Source: Scyliorhinus canicula (Eukaryota). From it: DNA of 64,000 nt. The position numbers were made by a program, and so were the translations under genes. The notes beneath the pieces are model-generated. The model had not been told where the DNA came from, made no database searches, and worked only from the letters and a program-made list of their open reading frames with translations. Shown piece by piece: positions 24,367 to 37,099 of this stretch. The DNA lies in contig NC_052162.1 of the NCBI RefSeq assembly GCF_902713615.1, forward strand, positions 130,596,653 to 130,660,652, in the 5' to 3' direction. How positions within the stretch are numbered: position 1 is the stretch's first letter; each line of letters starts with the position of its first letter.

Positions 24367-25311
24367 GCCTCCCAACAGCCAGCAGGAGATAGAGGAACAG
24401 ATATGTAGGCAGAGTTTGGCAAGGTGTAAAAGTAACAGGGTTGTTGTGGTGGGTGATTTTAACTTCCCCTATAGTGTCTGGAACACACTAGGTGTGAGGA
24501 TGGTGCAGAGTTTGTAAGGATCATCCAGGAGGGCTCTTGAAACAGTATGTAGATAGTCCAACTAGGGAAGGGGCCGTATTGATCCTGGTATTGTGGAATG
24601 AGCCCGGCCAGGTGGACAGCGTTTCCGTAGGGCGGCAGTTCGGGAACAGTGACCACAATTCAGTAAGCTTGAAGGAACTGATGGATAAAGATAAGTGTAG
24701 TCCTCAGCTGAAGGTGCTAAATTGGGGGAAGGCTAATTACAACAATATTAAGGAGGAGCTGAAAAATGTGAATTGGGGGCTGATGTTTTAAGGGCAAAAC
24801 AACATCTGGCATGTGCAGGTTTTCAAGTTCACGTTGATAGGAATTCAGGACCGGCAGGTTCCTGTAAGGATGAAGGATAAGTATGGCAAATTTCAGGAAC
24901 CTTGGATAACGAGAGATATTGAAAGAAAAATGAAACATCTGTCCACTCTAGGAGGGTGGGAACACAAGGAAGGGAGAAAGAAACTGAAGCAAGGAGTCGG
25001 GAGGATGATAAGCAGTCATGAAAAGTAATTGGCCAGCAGGATTCAGGAAAATCCCATGGCTTTTTATACATATATAAAGAGCAAGGTAGCCAGGGAGAGG
25101 GTTGGCCCACTCAAGGACAGAGGAGGAAATCTATGGGTAGAGCCAGAGGAAATGGACGAGATATTAAATGAGTACTTTCCTTCAGTATTCACCAAAGAGA
25201 AGCACATGGTAGATGATGATTCTGGGGGTGTGTCGATAGTTGGGTCATGTTGAGATGAAAAAGGAGGTACTGGCGGTCTTTAAAAACATGAAGGTAGACA
25301 AATCCCTAGGG

Positions 25312-25667
25312 CAGGGGTGGGCAAACTTTTCCGTGCAAGGGCCACATTCAGAAATTCACAATTTTAAAGGGCCGCATAGTATATTAAGTAAAATAATTAA
25401 TATTTAAAATAGCCAAAATAAAAGGTTTTTAAAGAAAAAAAAGCAATTAATTTTTATTAATTAATATTTTAAGGTAGAAACTTCACATGAAACACATGTT
25501 GTGCCGAGCAATGATCACCCTACTCAAGTCAACGTATCCACCCTATACCAGTAACCCAACAGCCCCCCCATATTAACCTTAAAAATTAAAAAAAAAAAAA
25601 TTCTTTTTTAATGACTTGATCTTGGTGGGCCGCATAAAGACCGCGGGCCGTAGTTTGCCCACCCCTG
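25312..25667. mobile_element. hAT (Charlie-like) MITE
   Basis: 16-bp perfect TIR caggggtgggcaaact / agtttgcccacccctg and 8-bp TSD ccctaggg. Confidence 0.92.
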
Positions 25668-27589
25668 CCCTAGGGCCTGATGGGATATACCCCAGAATAC
25701 TGAGAGAGGGAAGGGAGGAAATTGCTGCGGCCTTGAGATAAATCTTTGTCTCCTCACTGGCTACAGGGGAGGGCCCAGAGGACTGGAGAATAGCCAATGT
25801 TGTTCCTTTGTTTAAGAAGGGTAGCAAGGATAATCCAGATAATTACAGGCAGGTGAGCTTTACGTCAGTGGGAGGGAAATTATTGGAGAGGATTCTTGAA
25901 GACAGGATTTATTCCCACTTGGAAATAAGTGGACGCATTAGCAAAGAGGCAACATGGTTTTGTGAAGGGAAGGTCATGTCTCACTAACTTGATCGAGCTT
26001 TATGTGGAAGTGACGAAGATGATTGAGGAGATTAGGGCAGTGGATGTTGCCTACGTGGACTTCAGTAAGGCCTCTGCCATGAGGTTCCTTGTCAGACTGG
26101 TACAGAAGGCAAAGTCGCACGGGATCACAGGTGAGCTGGCAAAATGGATACAGAACTGGCTCGATCATAGAAGGCAGGGGGCAGCAGTGGAAGGGTGCGT
26201 TTCTGAATGGAGGGCTGTGACTAGTGGCGTTCCTCAGGGATCAGTGCTGGGACCCTTGCTGTTTGTAATATGTATAAATAATTTGGAGGAAAATGTAACT
26301 GGTTTGATTGGTAAGTCTGCGGACGACACAAAGGTTGGTGGAATTGCGAAATTGAGGACCGTCAGAGGATACAGATCGGTTGGAGACTTGGGTGGAGAGA
26401 TGGCAGATGGGGTTTAATCCGGACAAATGTGGGGTAATTTTGGAAGGTCTAATGCAGTTCAGTAAATGGCAGAACCCTTAAGAGTATTGATAGGCAGAGG
26501 GATCTGGGTGTACAGGTACACAGGTCACTGAAAGGGGCTACCCAGGTGGAGAAGGTAGTCAAGAGGCATACAGCATGCCTGCCTTCATCAGCTGGGGCAT
26601 TGAGTTTAAACAGTGGCAAGTCATGTTGCAGGTTTATGGAACCTTAGTTAGGCCGCACTTGGAAGATAGGGTTCAATTCTAGTCGCCACAGGACGTGGAA
26701 GCTTTGGAGAGGGTACAGAAAACATTTACCAGGATCCTGCCTGCTGTGGAGGGCATTAGCTATGAGGAGTAGTTGGAGAAACTTGGTTTGTTCTCACTGG
26801 AACGACGGAGGTTGAGGGGGCGACCTGATATAAGCCCACAAAATTACGAGGGGCATGGAGAGAGTGGATAGTCAGAATCTTTTTCCCAGGGTGGAAGAGT
26901 CAATTACTAAGGGCATAGATTTTGTACCAGCCTCCCCGAACAGGCGCCGGAATGTGGCGATTAGTGGCTTTTCGCAGTGACTTCATTTGAAGCCTACTTG
27001 TGACAATAAGCGATTATTATTATAATTATTAAGGAGCGAGGGGCAAGGTTTAAAGGCGATGTACAAGGCAAACTTTTTACACAGAGGATGGTGGGAGCCT
27101 GGAACTCGCTGCCGGAGGTGGTGGAAGCAGGGACGATAGTGACATTTAAGGGGCATCTTGACAAATACATGAACAGGATGGGAATAGAGGGATTTGGTCC
27201 CCGGAAGGGTAGGCGTTTTAGTGCAGACGGGCGGCATGGTCAGTGCAGGCTTGGTGGGCCGAAGGGCCTGTTCCTGTGCTGTAATTTTCTTTGTTCTTTG
27301 AGAGTAACAGGTGGTATGAGACTGAAATAATGTAGAGTTAGAAAGGAGAAAAGGTTCAGTCCTTCTGGGCATGATTCTCAGCAGCTACGACATCATCTAA
27401 CTTTGTCAGTAATGCACGAAGTCACTTATATTTCAGCAGGCTGTAAGACTGAGTACATCACTTTCCACACACACACGCAGCAGGTGGCACAGTGGTCATC
27501 AATGCTGCCTCACAGTGTCGGGACGTGGGTTCAATTACGGCCTTGAGTGACTGTGTGTGGAGTTTTCAGATTCTCCCTGTGTCTGCGTG

Positions 27590-30500
27590 CCTTTCCTCTG
27601 GAAGACATAACTAATGTACCAGAAGTTCTGAATAGCACAAGTTTTAGTGAGGAGCTGAAGCAAAGTAGTATTAATAGAGAAATGGGGCAGGATTCTCCGC
27701 AGCCCCGTGCCAAAATCATGTTTGGCGCGGGGGTGGAGAATCCAATTTCACGCCGAAATCGGGCCCGACGTCGATCCGGCGATTCTCCGGAATCGGTGCG
27801 TTCGCGGAGTACTCCGCGTGGGTGGGGGCCCATTGCCAGAGGCCCGGCCAGCGATCCACCGCACCCGACCAGGCGAGTTCCGACGGCGTAGTTCTAAACA
27901 CCTATCGCCAATCGGGAAGCTTGCGTGGCGGCTGCAAGTCCGTGGCCGCCCTCGTTGGGGGGGGGGGGGGGGGGGGGCGCAGGGGTATTGGACACTGGGG
28001 GGGGGGGGGGGGCCTTACAGTTGGCCAGGGGACAGATTGGCACAGTCGGATCTTTCGGCACGCAGCCGATCCGGGGGAGGGTCTACATTCGTCATCTGCC
28101 TATCTGCCTCCTCGGTCTGAGTCCGCCATGGCCTTCGTACATCTCCTTCAAAACCAGAAGTGCAGGGGCCCTTATCCGCAGTTAAAGCTGCGTGAATCAC
28201 TCTGGGTCCCTGCTAGCCCCCTGCAGGTCAGTCTCATCTTTTCTGCAGGAATATTCAGAGTGAAACACCAGCGTTTTTACGCCGGCATGGGGACATAGTC
28301 CCATTTTGGGAGAATCCAGCCCGTGGTTTGGGGGAAATTGAAGGTTGATAAACCTCCAGAGCCTGATAATCTTCATCCCATAGTACTTAAGGAAGTGGCC
28401 CTCGAAATAGTACATGCGTGGTTGCCCACGCCAAATTGCCCCTTAATTGGAAAAAATGAATTGGGTTCTCTAAATTAAAAAAAAAGGATTGCACAGCACA
28501 GCATTTGGAAAACAGTGGTATCATCAAAGTCAGCATCGATTTACAAAAGGGAAATCAAGCTTGACAAATATACTGGAATTCTTTGAAGGTGTAACTAGCA
28601 GAGTTCATTTTCCAAATCCTTTGGAATCTGGAATGGTTCATACAGATTGGAGGGTAGCTAATGTAGGCCCTCTTTTCAAAAGGGGAGTTAGAGAGAAAAC
28701 AGGGAACTATAGACCAATGAGCCTAACATCTGTAGTAGGGAAGTTGCTCAAGTCCATTATCAAGGATTACACAGCACAGGAGGCAGCACGGTGGCGCAGT
28801 GGGTTAGCACTGCTGCCTCACGGCGCCAAGGTCCCAGGTTTGATCCCGGCTCTGGGTCACTGTCCATGTGGAGTTTGCGCATTCTCCCCATGTTTGCTTG
28901 GGTATCGCCCCTACAAACCCAAAGATGTGCAGAGTAGGTGGGTTGCCCACGCTAAATTGCCCCTCAATTGGAAAAAATAAATTGGGTTCTCTAAATTAAA
29001 AAAAGATTGCACAGCACAGCATTTGGAAAACAGTGGTATCATCAAAGTCAGCATCGATTTACAAAAGGGAAATCAAGCTTGACAAATATACTGGAATTCT
29101 TTGAAGGTGTAACTAGCAGAGTTGACCAGGGAGATCTGGTGGATGTAGTTTATTTAGACTTTCAGAAGGCTTTCAACAAGGTCTCACATAGCAGATTACT
29201 ATGTAAAGCTGAAGCGCGTGGGATTGTGGGTAGTGTCGAGATGGATAGAAAGCTGAGGAGCAGACAGGAAATTAAAAGTTGGAATAAATGGGTCTTTTTT
29301 TGATTGACAGGCAGTGACTAATGGGGTACTGCAGGGATCTGTACTAAGACTCCAGCTGTTCACATTATATATTAATGATTTAGACCAAGGAACAAAATCT
29401 ACTATCTCCACATGTGCAGTTGATACAATTTTGGGTGGGAGGGTGAGCTGTGAGGAGGATGCAGAGATGTTTCAGCGGGAATTGGACAGGCTGAGTGAGT
29501 GGGCACAAGCATGGCAGATTAATGTATAATGTGGATAAATGTGAGGTTATCCATTTTGAAGGCAGATTATTATTTGAATGGGTGTAAATGGAGAGAGGTG
29601 GATACTCAGTGAGAACTTGGATGTCCTCAGACATCAGTCACTGAAAGTAAGTGCGCAGATCCAGCAGGCAGTAAAGAAGGGAAATGGTACGTTGGTCTTT
29701 GTAGCGAGAGGATTTGAGTACAGGAATCAGGATGCTTTACTGCAATTCTGTAGGGCATTGGTGAGGCCACACCTGGAGTATTGTGTGCAGTTTTGGTGTC
29801 CTTATCTGAGGAAGGTTGTTCTTGTTACGGAGGGAGTGTGGCGAAGGTTTACCAGGCTGATTCCTGGGGTGGCGGGACTGTCATATGAGGAGAGACTAAG
29901 TCGGTTAAGATTATATTCATTGGTGCAGCACAGTGGCTAGCATTGCTGCCTCATGGCTCGAGGTTCAATCAAGGCTCTGGGTCACCGTACGTGTGGAGTT
30001 TGCACATTCTCCCCGTGTTTGCATGGGTTTCGCCCCAACAACCCAAAAACGTACAGGGTAGGTGGATTGGCCACGCTAAATTGCCCCTTAATTAGAAAAA
30101 ATGAATTGGGTACTCCAAATTTAAAAAACAAATTATATTCATTGGAGTTTAGAAGAACAGGATTAGACGGAAGAACCGGTGGATGTGCTTTATTTAGACT
30201 TTGAGAAGGCTGTCGACAAGGTCTCACGTAGGAGATTACTATGTAAAATTAAAGCACATGGGATTACGGGTAGTGTCTTGAGATGGAAAGAAAGCTGGCT
30301 ATCGGACAGGAAGCAAAAATTTGGAATAAGTGTCTTTTTCTGATTAGCAGGCAGTGACTAGTGGGGTACCAGAAGGATCTCTGCTCGGTCCCCAAATGTT
30401 CACATTATATATTAATGATTTGGACGAGTTAACTGATTGTGTTATCTCCAGATTTGCAGATGATACAAAGTTGGGTGGGAGGGTGAACTGTGAGGACACA

Positions 30501-31440
30501 GAGATGCTTCAGCGGGATTTGGACAGGCTGAATGAGTGGGCATATGCATGGCAAAAGCATAATAATGTGAATAAATTTGAGGTTATCCGCTTTGCTAACA
30601 AAAATAGGAAGGCGGATTATTATTTGAATGGGTATAAATTGAGAGAGGTGGATACTCAGCGAGACCTTGGTGTCCTTGTGCATCGGTCGCTGAAAGTAAG
30701 CACACAGCTACATCAGGCAGTAAAGGCAAATACTGTAGTACGTTGGTCTTCATGATGACAGGATTTGAGTACAGGAATCGGGATGCTTTACAGCAATTGT
30801 GTAGGGCATTGGTGAGGCCACACCTGAAATATTGTGAGCAGTTTTGGTGTCCTTCTCTGAGGAAGGATGTTCTTGCGATGGAGGGTGTGCAGCGAAGGTT
30901 TACCAGGCTGATTCCTGGTGGGACTGTCACATGCCTTTAAAAAGAACCTTGGTGAGTCCTTGGCACGCCATAGCATTCAAGACTATGGGCCAAGTGCTGG
31001 CAAGTGGGATTAGGTGGGCAGGTCAGAGCTTTCACACGTCCGTGCAGACTTGATGGGCTGAAGGGCCTCTTCTGGACTGTAATATTCGGTGATTAGACAG
31101 GGTAGATTCAGAAATAATGTTCCCGTTGGTGGGAGAGTCCAGAACTAGGGGTCTAAGCTTGAGGATAAGGGGCGCACCTTTTAGGACTGAGGTGAGGAGA
31201 AATTTCTTCACCCAGAGAGTGGTGAATCTGTGGAATTTTCTGCCACAGAAAGTAGTTGAGGCCAAAACATTTTGTAATTTCAAGCAATTAGATAATAGCT
31301 CTTGGGGCTGAAGGGATCTGGGGGAAGGCAAGATCAGGGTATTGAACTTGATGATCCGCCATGATCAGAATAATTGGTGGAGCAATCTCGAAGGGCCGAA
31401 TGGCCTCCTCCTGCTTCTTTTTCCTCTGCAAGTTTCTATG
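27590..31440 (+). mobile_element. Rearranged CR1 ORF2 fragments (RT region present twice) with nested MITE and SINEs
   Basis: YLDFQKAF at about 29150 and 30190, FADDTKL, 3' tail near 31440. Confidence 0.85.
27685..28322. mobile_element. PIF/Harbinger-like MITE
   Basis: TIRs gggcaggattctcc / ggagaatccagccc. Near 3-bp TSD atg/gtg. Homologous to 1512-2133. Confidence 0.75.
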
Positions 31441-31538
31441 TATGTGCTCCAGTTTCCCATCTCAGTCTAAAGATGTGCAGGTTAGATGGATTGGTCATGA
31501 TAAAATTGCCCCTTAGTGTCCAAAGATGCTCGATGGGG

Positions 31539-33386
31539 TTACTGGGTTAAGGGGATAGGGTGGGGTGTCTTTTGGAGGGTGGGTGCAGATCCTGTGGGCT
31601 GAATGGCCTCCTTCTGCACTGTCAGGATTCTATGATTGGTTTTGCCCCCTTTGTGAAGTCGCTGGTGTCTCAGCAAGCGGGATGAATCAGTGAATCTTTT
31701 GCCACACACGGAGCAGGTGAACAGCTTCTCGCTGGTGTGAGTGCGTTGGTGTCTCAGCAGGCCTGACGAATTAACAAATCCTTTCCCACAAACGGAGCAC
31801 AGGAACGGCCTCTCCCTCGTGTGAGTGCGTTGATGTTTCAGCAGATAATTGCTTCTTTTGAAGGTCTTCTTGCATTCTGAGCACTGAAACGGCCTGTTCT
31901 CAGAGTGAACATGTTGGTGTTGGTGGTAGGCGGAAGATTGAGCAAATCCTTTCCCACACACGGAGCAGGTGAATGGCCTCTCCTCGGTGTGAGTGCGTTG
32001 ATGTTTCAGCAGATCATTGCTTCTTTTAAAGGTCTTCTTGCATTCTGAACAATTAAAAGGCCTCTTATCAGAGTGAACATATTGGTGTTGGTGGTAGGCG
32101 GAAGATTGAGCAAATCCTTTCCCACACACGGAGCAGGTGAATGGCCTCTCCTCGGTGTGAGTGCGTTGATGTTTCAGCAGATCATTGCTTCTTTTAAAGG
32201 TCTTCTTGCATTCTGAACAATTAAAAGGCCTCTTATCAGAGTGAACATGCTGGTGTTGAATGTAGGTGGCAGACTGAGCAAATCTCTTTCCACACACAGT
32301 GCAGGCAAATGGCTTCTCCCCAGTGTGAGTGCGGTGGTGTCTCTGGAGGCTGGATGACTCAGTGAAACCCTTCCCACACACCGAGCAGGTGAACGCCCTC
32401 TCTCCGGTGTGAATAGGCCGGTGTCTCAACAGGTGCTGCAGACAAGTAAATGCCTTCCCGCAAATGAGACAGACGTATGGCCTCTCCCCGGTGTGAACTC
32501 GCTCGTGTATCACAAGATGGGATGAGCGAGGGAATCTCTTCCCACACACGGAGCAGAGGAACGGCCTCTCCCCGGTGTGAACTCGCCGGTGCCTCAGCAG
32601 ATAGCGAGACTGAGTGAATCCCTTCCCACACAGCGAGCAGGTGAACGGCTTCTCCCTGGTGTGACCTTGCTGGTCCAAGCTCTCCCCAGCGTGAAGACTC
32701 TCGTGTGCCAAAAGGTGTGAAGATTGAGTGAATCTCTTCCCACACACGGTGCAGAGGAAGGGCCTCTCCCCTGTGTGAACTCGCTTGTGTATCAGAAGGT
32801 GGGCTAAATGTACAAATTTCTTCCCACACACAGAGCAGAGGAGCGGTCTCCTGCCAGTGCGAGTACACCGGTGTCTCAGCAGGCCCACCCTTCTTTTGAA
32901 GGTCTTCGCACAGTGGGAGCATTTAAATTGTCTCTTACGGGAATGAACCAGTCGGTGCTCAATGTAGTGGGAGGCCTGAGTGAACCTCTTTCCACACTGG
33001 GAGCAGATGAATGGCCTGTCCTTGTTGTGAACTTGCTGGTGCTCAGCGAGATGCACTGAGTCGCTGAACGACTCCCCACAGTGGGAGCAGCTGAACGGTC
33101 TCTCATGTGTGTGAAGGAGCTGGTGCTCCGCGAGGCGAGAGGACTGGCTGAACCTCTTCCCACAGTGGGGGCAGCTGAATGGTCTGGCGTCAGTGTAAAC
33201 CCGCTGGTATTGGACCAGGTCCTCGGAGGTATCAGAGCCATCCCCAGAATCAGAGCTTTGAAGAGGCTCCCCGTCAATGTGATCGAGTTGGTGAGCCAGC
33301 AGGTTGGACGAACACATGAATTTCTTCCCACACACGGAGCAGGGGAACGGACTCTCGCTGTTGCGAGCTCGCTGTCGTGTCAGCAT
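31539..33386 (-). CDS. ZF3: tandem C2H2 zinc-finger protein, about 18 intact fingers
   Basis: 625-codon open frame. Acceptor ttttacag|G, exon starts at 33562. First ATG at 33386. Exon 1 donor GCG|GTGAGT at 37121/37120. Confidence 0.9.
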   Translation of the reverse strand: MLTRQRARNSESPFPCSVCGKKFMCSSNLLAHQLDHIDGEPLQSSDSGDGSDTSEDLVQYQRVYTDARPFSCPHCGKRFSQSSRLAEHQLLHTHERPFSCSHCGESFSDSVHLAEHQQVHNKDRPFICSQCGKRFTQASHYIEHRLVHSRKRQFKCSHCAKTFKRRVGLLRHRCTRTGRRPLLCSVCGKKFVHLAHLLIHKRVHTGERPFLCTVCGKRFTQSSHLLAHESLHAGESLDQQGHTREKPFTCSLCGKGFTQSRYLLRHRRVHTGERPFLCSVCGKRFPRSSHLVIHERVHTGERPYVCLICGKAFTCLQHLLRHRPIHTGERAFTCSVCGKGFTESSSLQRHHRTHTGEKPFACTVCGKRFAQSATYIQHQHVHSDKRPFNCSECKKTFKRSNDLLKHQRTHTEERPFTCSVCGKGFAQSSAYHQHQYVHSDKRPFNCSECKKTFKRSNDLLKHQRTHTEERPFTCSVCGKGFAQSSAYHQHQHVHSENRPFQCSECKKTFKRSNYLLKHQRTHTRERPFLCSVCGKGFVNSSGLLRHQRTHTSEKLFTCSVCGKRFTDSSRLLRHQRLHKGGKTNHRILTVQKEAIQPTGSAPTLQKTPHPIPLTQ

Positions 33387-34882
33387 GTTTACAGCTGTAT
33401 CAGTCCCTTCCCACACGTGGAGCAGGCGGACGGACTCTCACCAATTTCCAGCTGAAACGTCAATTAAATCCCTCCAGATGTTCTAATCTTCAGATCCCGA
33501 TGAATCGAGTGACTGTCAGACATGAGGATTGGTTTGATTGCAAATCCTCCTTTTCTATTGTCCTGTAAAATATGTTTACAAAGAATGACACACAATATAC
33601 AAACAGGCCATTCGGTCTAACTAATCTATATTGGAGTTTCTACTCCTTACAAGTCTTCTCTCATTCGGCTGACCTCAACCTTTCAGCTTATCTTTCTAAT
33701 CCTTTTTCTCATCTTGTTTCCCTTTCAAAGAATCTAAAGTATTTGTATCTGAGGAAATAAATGACTCCTATTTTCCTGATGGATTTATTAGTCTCTTTGT
33801 GTGTTCATAGCCTCCTATGTTGGATACACCAACGAACAGAAACATTCTGTCCACATCTACCTGCTCATCCCATTCAGAATTTTGCAGTTTTCCCCGAGTA
33901 TAAATCCTCCGCTTCTAACCCCTTGTAACAGGAGTTTCCAAAATCCTTTCACTGTCAGTCCAGGATAGAAACTCACGACATTCGCTTGGGTACAGCAAAT
34001 AATTAGGAAAGCTATTAGAATGTTATTATTTATTTCGAGGAGAATCTGTGCGGAGTCTGCACATCCTCCCCGTGTGTGCGTGGGTTTCCTCCGGGTGCTC
34101 CGGTTTCCTCCCACAGTCCAAAGATGTGCAGGTTAGGTGGATTGGCCATGATAAATTGCCCTTAGTGTTGGGTGGGGTTACTGGGTTATGGGGATAGGGT
34201 GGAGGTGTTGGGGTAGGGTGGGGTGCTCTTTCCAAGAGCCGGTGCAGACTCGATGGGCCGAATGGCCTCCTTCTGCACTGTAAATTCTATGATTCTATGA
34301 ATACAAAAGTAGGGCAGTTATGTTTCAGGTATACAGGGCATTATTGTGATCAGGTAAGGTACTCTTTCAAAGGCGGTGGGCCGAATGGCCTCCTGCTGCA
34401 CTGTAGTGTTTCTATGGAAAGCTGTTTATAGAAGGTTTAGTACACTAATATCTGGAATGGTTGGTTGTCACTGGACTAGTAAATCAGCGACCCAAAGTAA
34501 TGTTCCAATCCCACCACTGCGGATGGTGAAATTTGAATTCAATAAAATACTGGAATTAAAAGTCTAATGAAATGAAATGAAAATCGCTTGTCACGAGTAG
34601 GCTTCAATGTAGTTACTGTGAAAAGCCCCTAGTCGCCACAATCCGGAGCGCCTGTCTGGGGAGGCTGGTACGGGAATCGAACCGTGCTGCTGGCCTGCTT
34701 GAAAAGCCAGCCAATGACCATGAAATCATTGTCGATTGTCGTGAAAACCCACCTGGTTCACTAATGTCCTTTCGGGAAAAATACATGTAAATCCAGATCA
34801 AAGGCAATTAGGGATAGGCAATAAATGTTGGCCCGGCCAGTGACACCCACCTCCCATGATGAATTAAAAAAGGAACGGTGAG

Positions 34883-35415
34883 CCAGGCTGGGGACTCGCA
34901 ATTTTTGGGGTTGCAGTGGAGCCGGGAGTGCAGGAGGCGAAAGAGGCCGGTGTTCTGCCCTTTGCGTCCCTAGTAGCCCGGCGGAGGATCTTGCTCCAAT
35001 GGAAGGATGCGAGGCCCCCAAGCGTGGAGGCCTGGATCAATGATATGGTGGGGTTCATTAAATTGGAGGAGGTGAAATTTGCCCTGAGGGAATCAGTACA
35101 AGGGTTCTTTAGGCGGTGGCAGCCTTTCCTGGACTTCCTGGTGGAACGGTAGGGAAATAGGCCGGCAGCAGCAGCAACCCGGGGGGTGGGAGGTTGGATC
35201 GGTGGGAGGGAGAACTGTGTACATGGGTTTGTGAGATGTGGCGGGTGTTATCTCTTTCCCTTTTGTTGTTTGGGTGCTCTTTTGTTTTTTTCTCTTTTGT
35301 AGTTGTAGTTGTAGTTGCTTTTGAAGTTGGGTGGGTATTGTTCTTGGGGTGTTACCGCGGTTGTTTTGTAATAGAGTTGAGACGTTTATATTTTCAATAA
35401 AAATTATTTTTTTTA
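34883..35415 (+). mobile_element. Short L1/Tx1-like 3' fragment
   Basis: FASLVARRRILLQWKD...WQPFLDFL. TSD aaaaaaggaacggtgag at 34866-34882 and 35416-35432. Confidence 0.9.
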
Positions 35416-36514
35416 AAAAAAGGAACGGTGAGACAGGCTATTCCCTTGGGGCAGCATGGTGGTTAGCACTGCTGCCTCACGGCACCAAAGCCCCGGATCG
35501 CTCCTGGCCCGGGTCACTATCCATGTGGAGTTTGCACAATTTCCCCGTGTCTGCGTGGGTCTCATCCCCACAACTCAAAAGATGTGCAGGTTTGGAGAAT
35601 TGGCCACGCTAAATTGCCCCTTAACTGGTCAAATTTTTTTTTTTTTTTTTTAAATACTTGTGTCCCCTGCAGTTTTTAAGATTAAGAGGCAACTTAATTG
35701 AAACATTTAAGATCCTGAAAGTCTTATTAGGGTGGATGTGAAGATTTTTCCACTTGTGGGAGACTAGGTTTGATTCCCAGCTTGGTTCACTGTCTGTGCA
35801 GAGTCTGCACGTTCTCCCCATGTGTGCATGGGTTTCCTCCGATTTCCTCCCTCAATTCCCGAAAGACATGCTTGTTTGGTGAATTGGACATTCTGAATTC
35901 TCCCTCAGTGCTCACCGAACAGCTGCCTGAATGTGGCGCCTCGGGGCTTTTCACAGTAACTTCATTGCAGTATTAATGTAAACCTACTTGTGACACTAAT
36001 AAAGATTATTATTATTAATCTAGACCTACAGGTCACGGTTTCAAACTAAGTATTGCTCAACTGAGTATTGAAGAGGCATGAGATCTTTTGTCTCTCATCA
36101 ATCTGAGGAACTCCCTTCCCGCAAAATGGACAGCAGTCTTTGAATATTTTTCAAAGGCAGGATTGGATAGGTTCATGATTAACAATATTCAAACTTTACT
36201 CACACAAGTGGAATGCACTGCCTGGAAGTGTAGTGGAGACAGGTTCAATCGAGGCACTGGATGATTATTTGAAGAAAAAAACATGCAAGGGTATGGAGGA
36301 AAGGCAGGGGAATGGTTATGATGCTCATCTGGGGAACCGGTGTAGACATGATGTGCTAAATGGCGCCCTTCTGCACTGTAACCATTTTGTGATTGTGAAG
36401 GGGGGCTTACTGGGGTAGCTGAGAATATGGAGTTCAGGTTAAGATCAGATGAGCCATGATCTTATTGAATGGCGAAGCCGAGTGGCCTCCTCATTCCTGC
36501 TGTTAGTGATGAGA

Positions 36515-36965
36515 ACACATGCGCCCTGCTGCACATTGTCCCCGCAAAATGGCGGCAGCGCATGCATCCTGCTGCGTCCCAGCAAAATGGCGGCAGCGCA
36601 TGCGCCCTTCTGCACATTGTCCCAGCAAAATGGCGGCGGCAGCGGATGCACCCTGCTGCATTGTCCCCGCAAAATGGCGGCAGCGCATGCGCCCTGCTGC
36701 ACATTGTCCCAGCAAAATGGCGGCGGCAGCGCATGCACCCTGCTGCACATTGTCCCCGTAAAATGGCGGCAGCGCCTGTGCCCTGCTGCACAGTCCCAAC
36801 AAAATGGCGGCAGCGCATGGGCCCTGCTGCATATTTCCCCCGCAAAATGGCTGTAAGGCATACGCCCTGCCGCACATTGTCCCCTGAAAATTGCGGCAGC
36901 GGCGCCTGCGCCCTGCTGCACATTGACCCCGCAAAATGGCGACGGCGCATGCGCTCTGCTGCTTT
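36515..36965 (-). promoter_or_regulatory. Tandem YY1/NRF1 motif array (10 units of about 43 bp) in ZF3 intron 1
   Basis: Seven perfect AAAATGGCGGC plus three variants. GCGCATGCGC perfect three times, with variants in the other units. Confidence 0.8.
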
Positions 36966-37099
36966 GTCCCTACGAAGGCCGTAAACCCGCGAAAGGGTCC
37001 ACAGCTGCCGCTCAGCCTAATCGCCCTGGAACCTGTTGTTTGGTCTGTCTGATCCTGAACTGGGTTTTCCCGTCCGCCCAGTGCCCCTAACGCTGCCTC

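Larger units (their letters stand above)
21577..27300 (+). mobile_element. Long decayed CR1 LINE hosting nested insertions
   Basis: EN region (PPNS..VVVGDFNFP, SDHN), RT (QHGFVKGRSCLTNL, GVPQGSVLGP), 3' tail near 27300. Confidence 0.88.
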
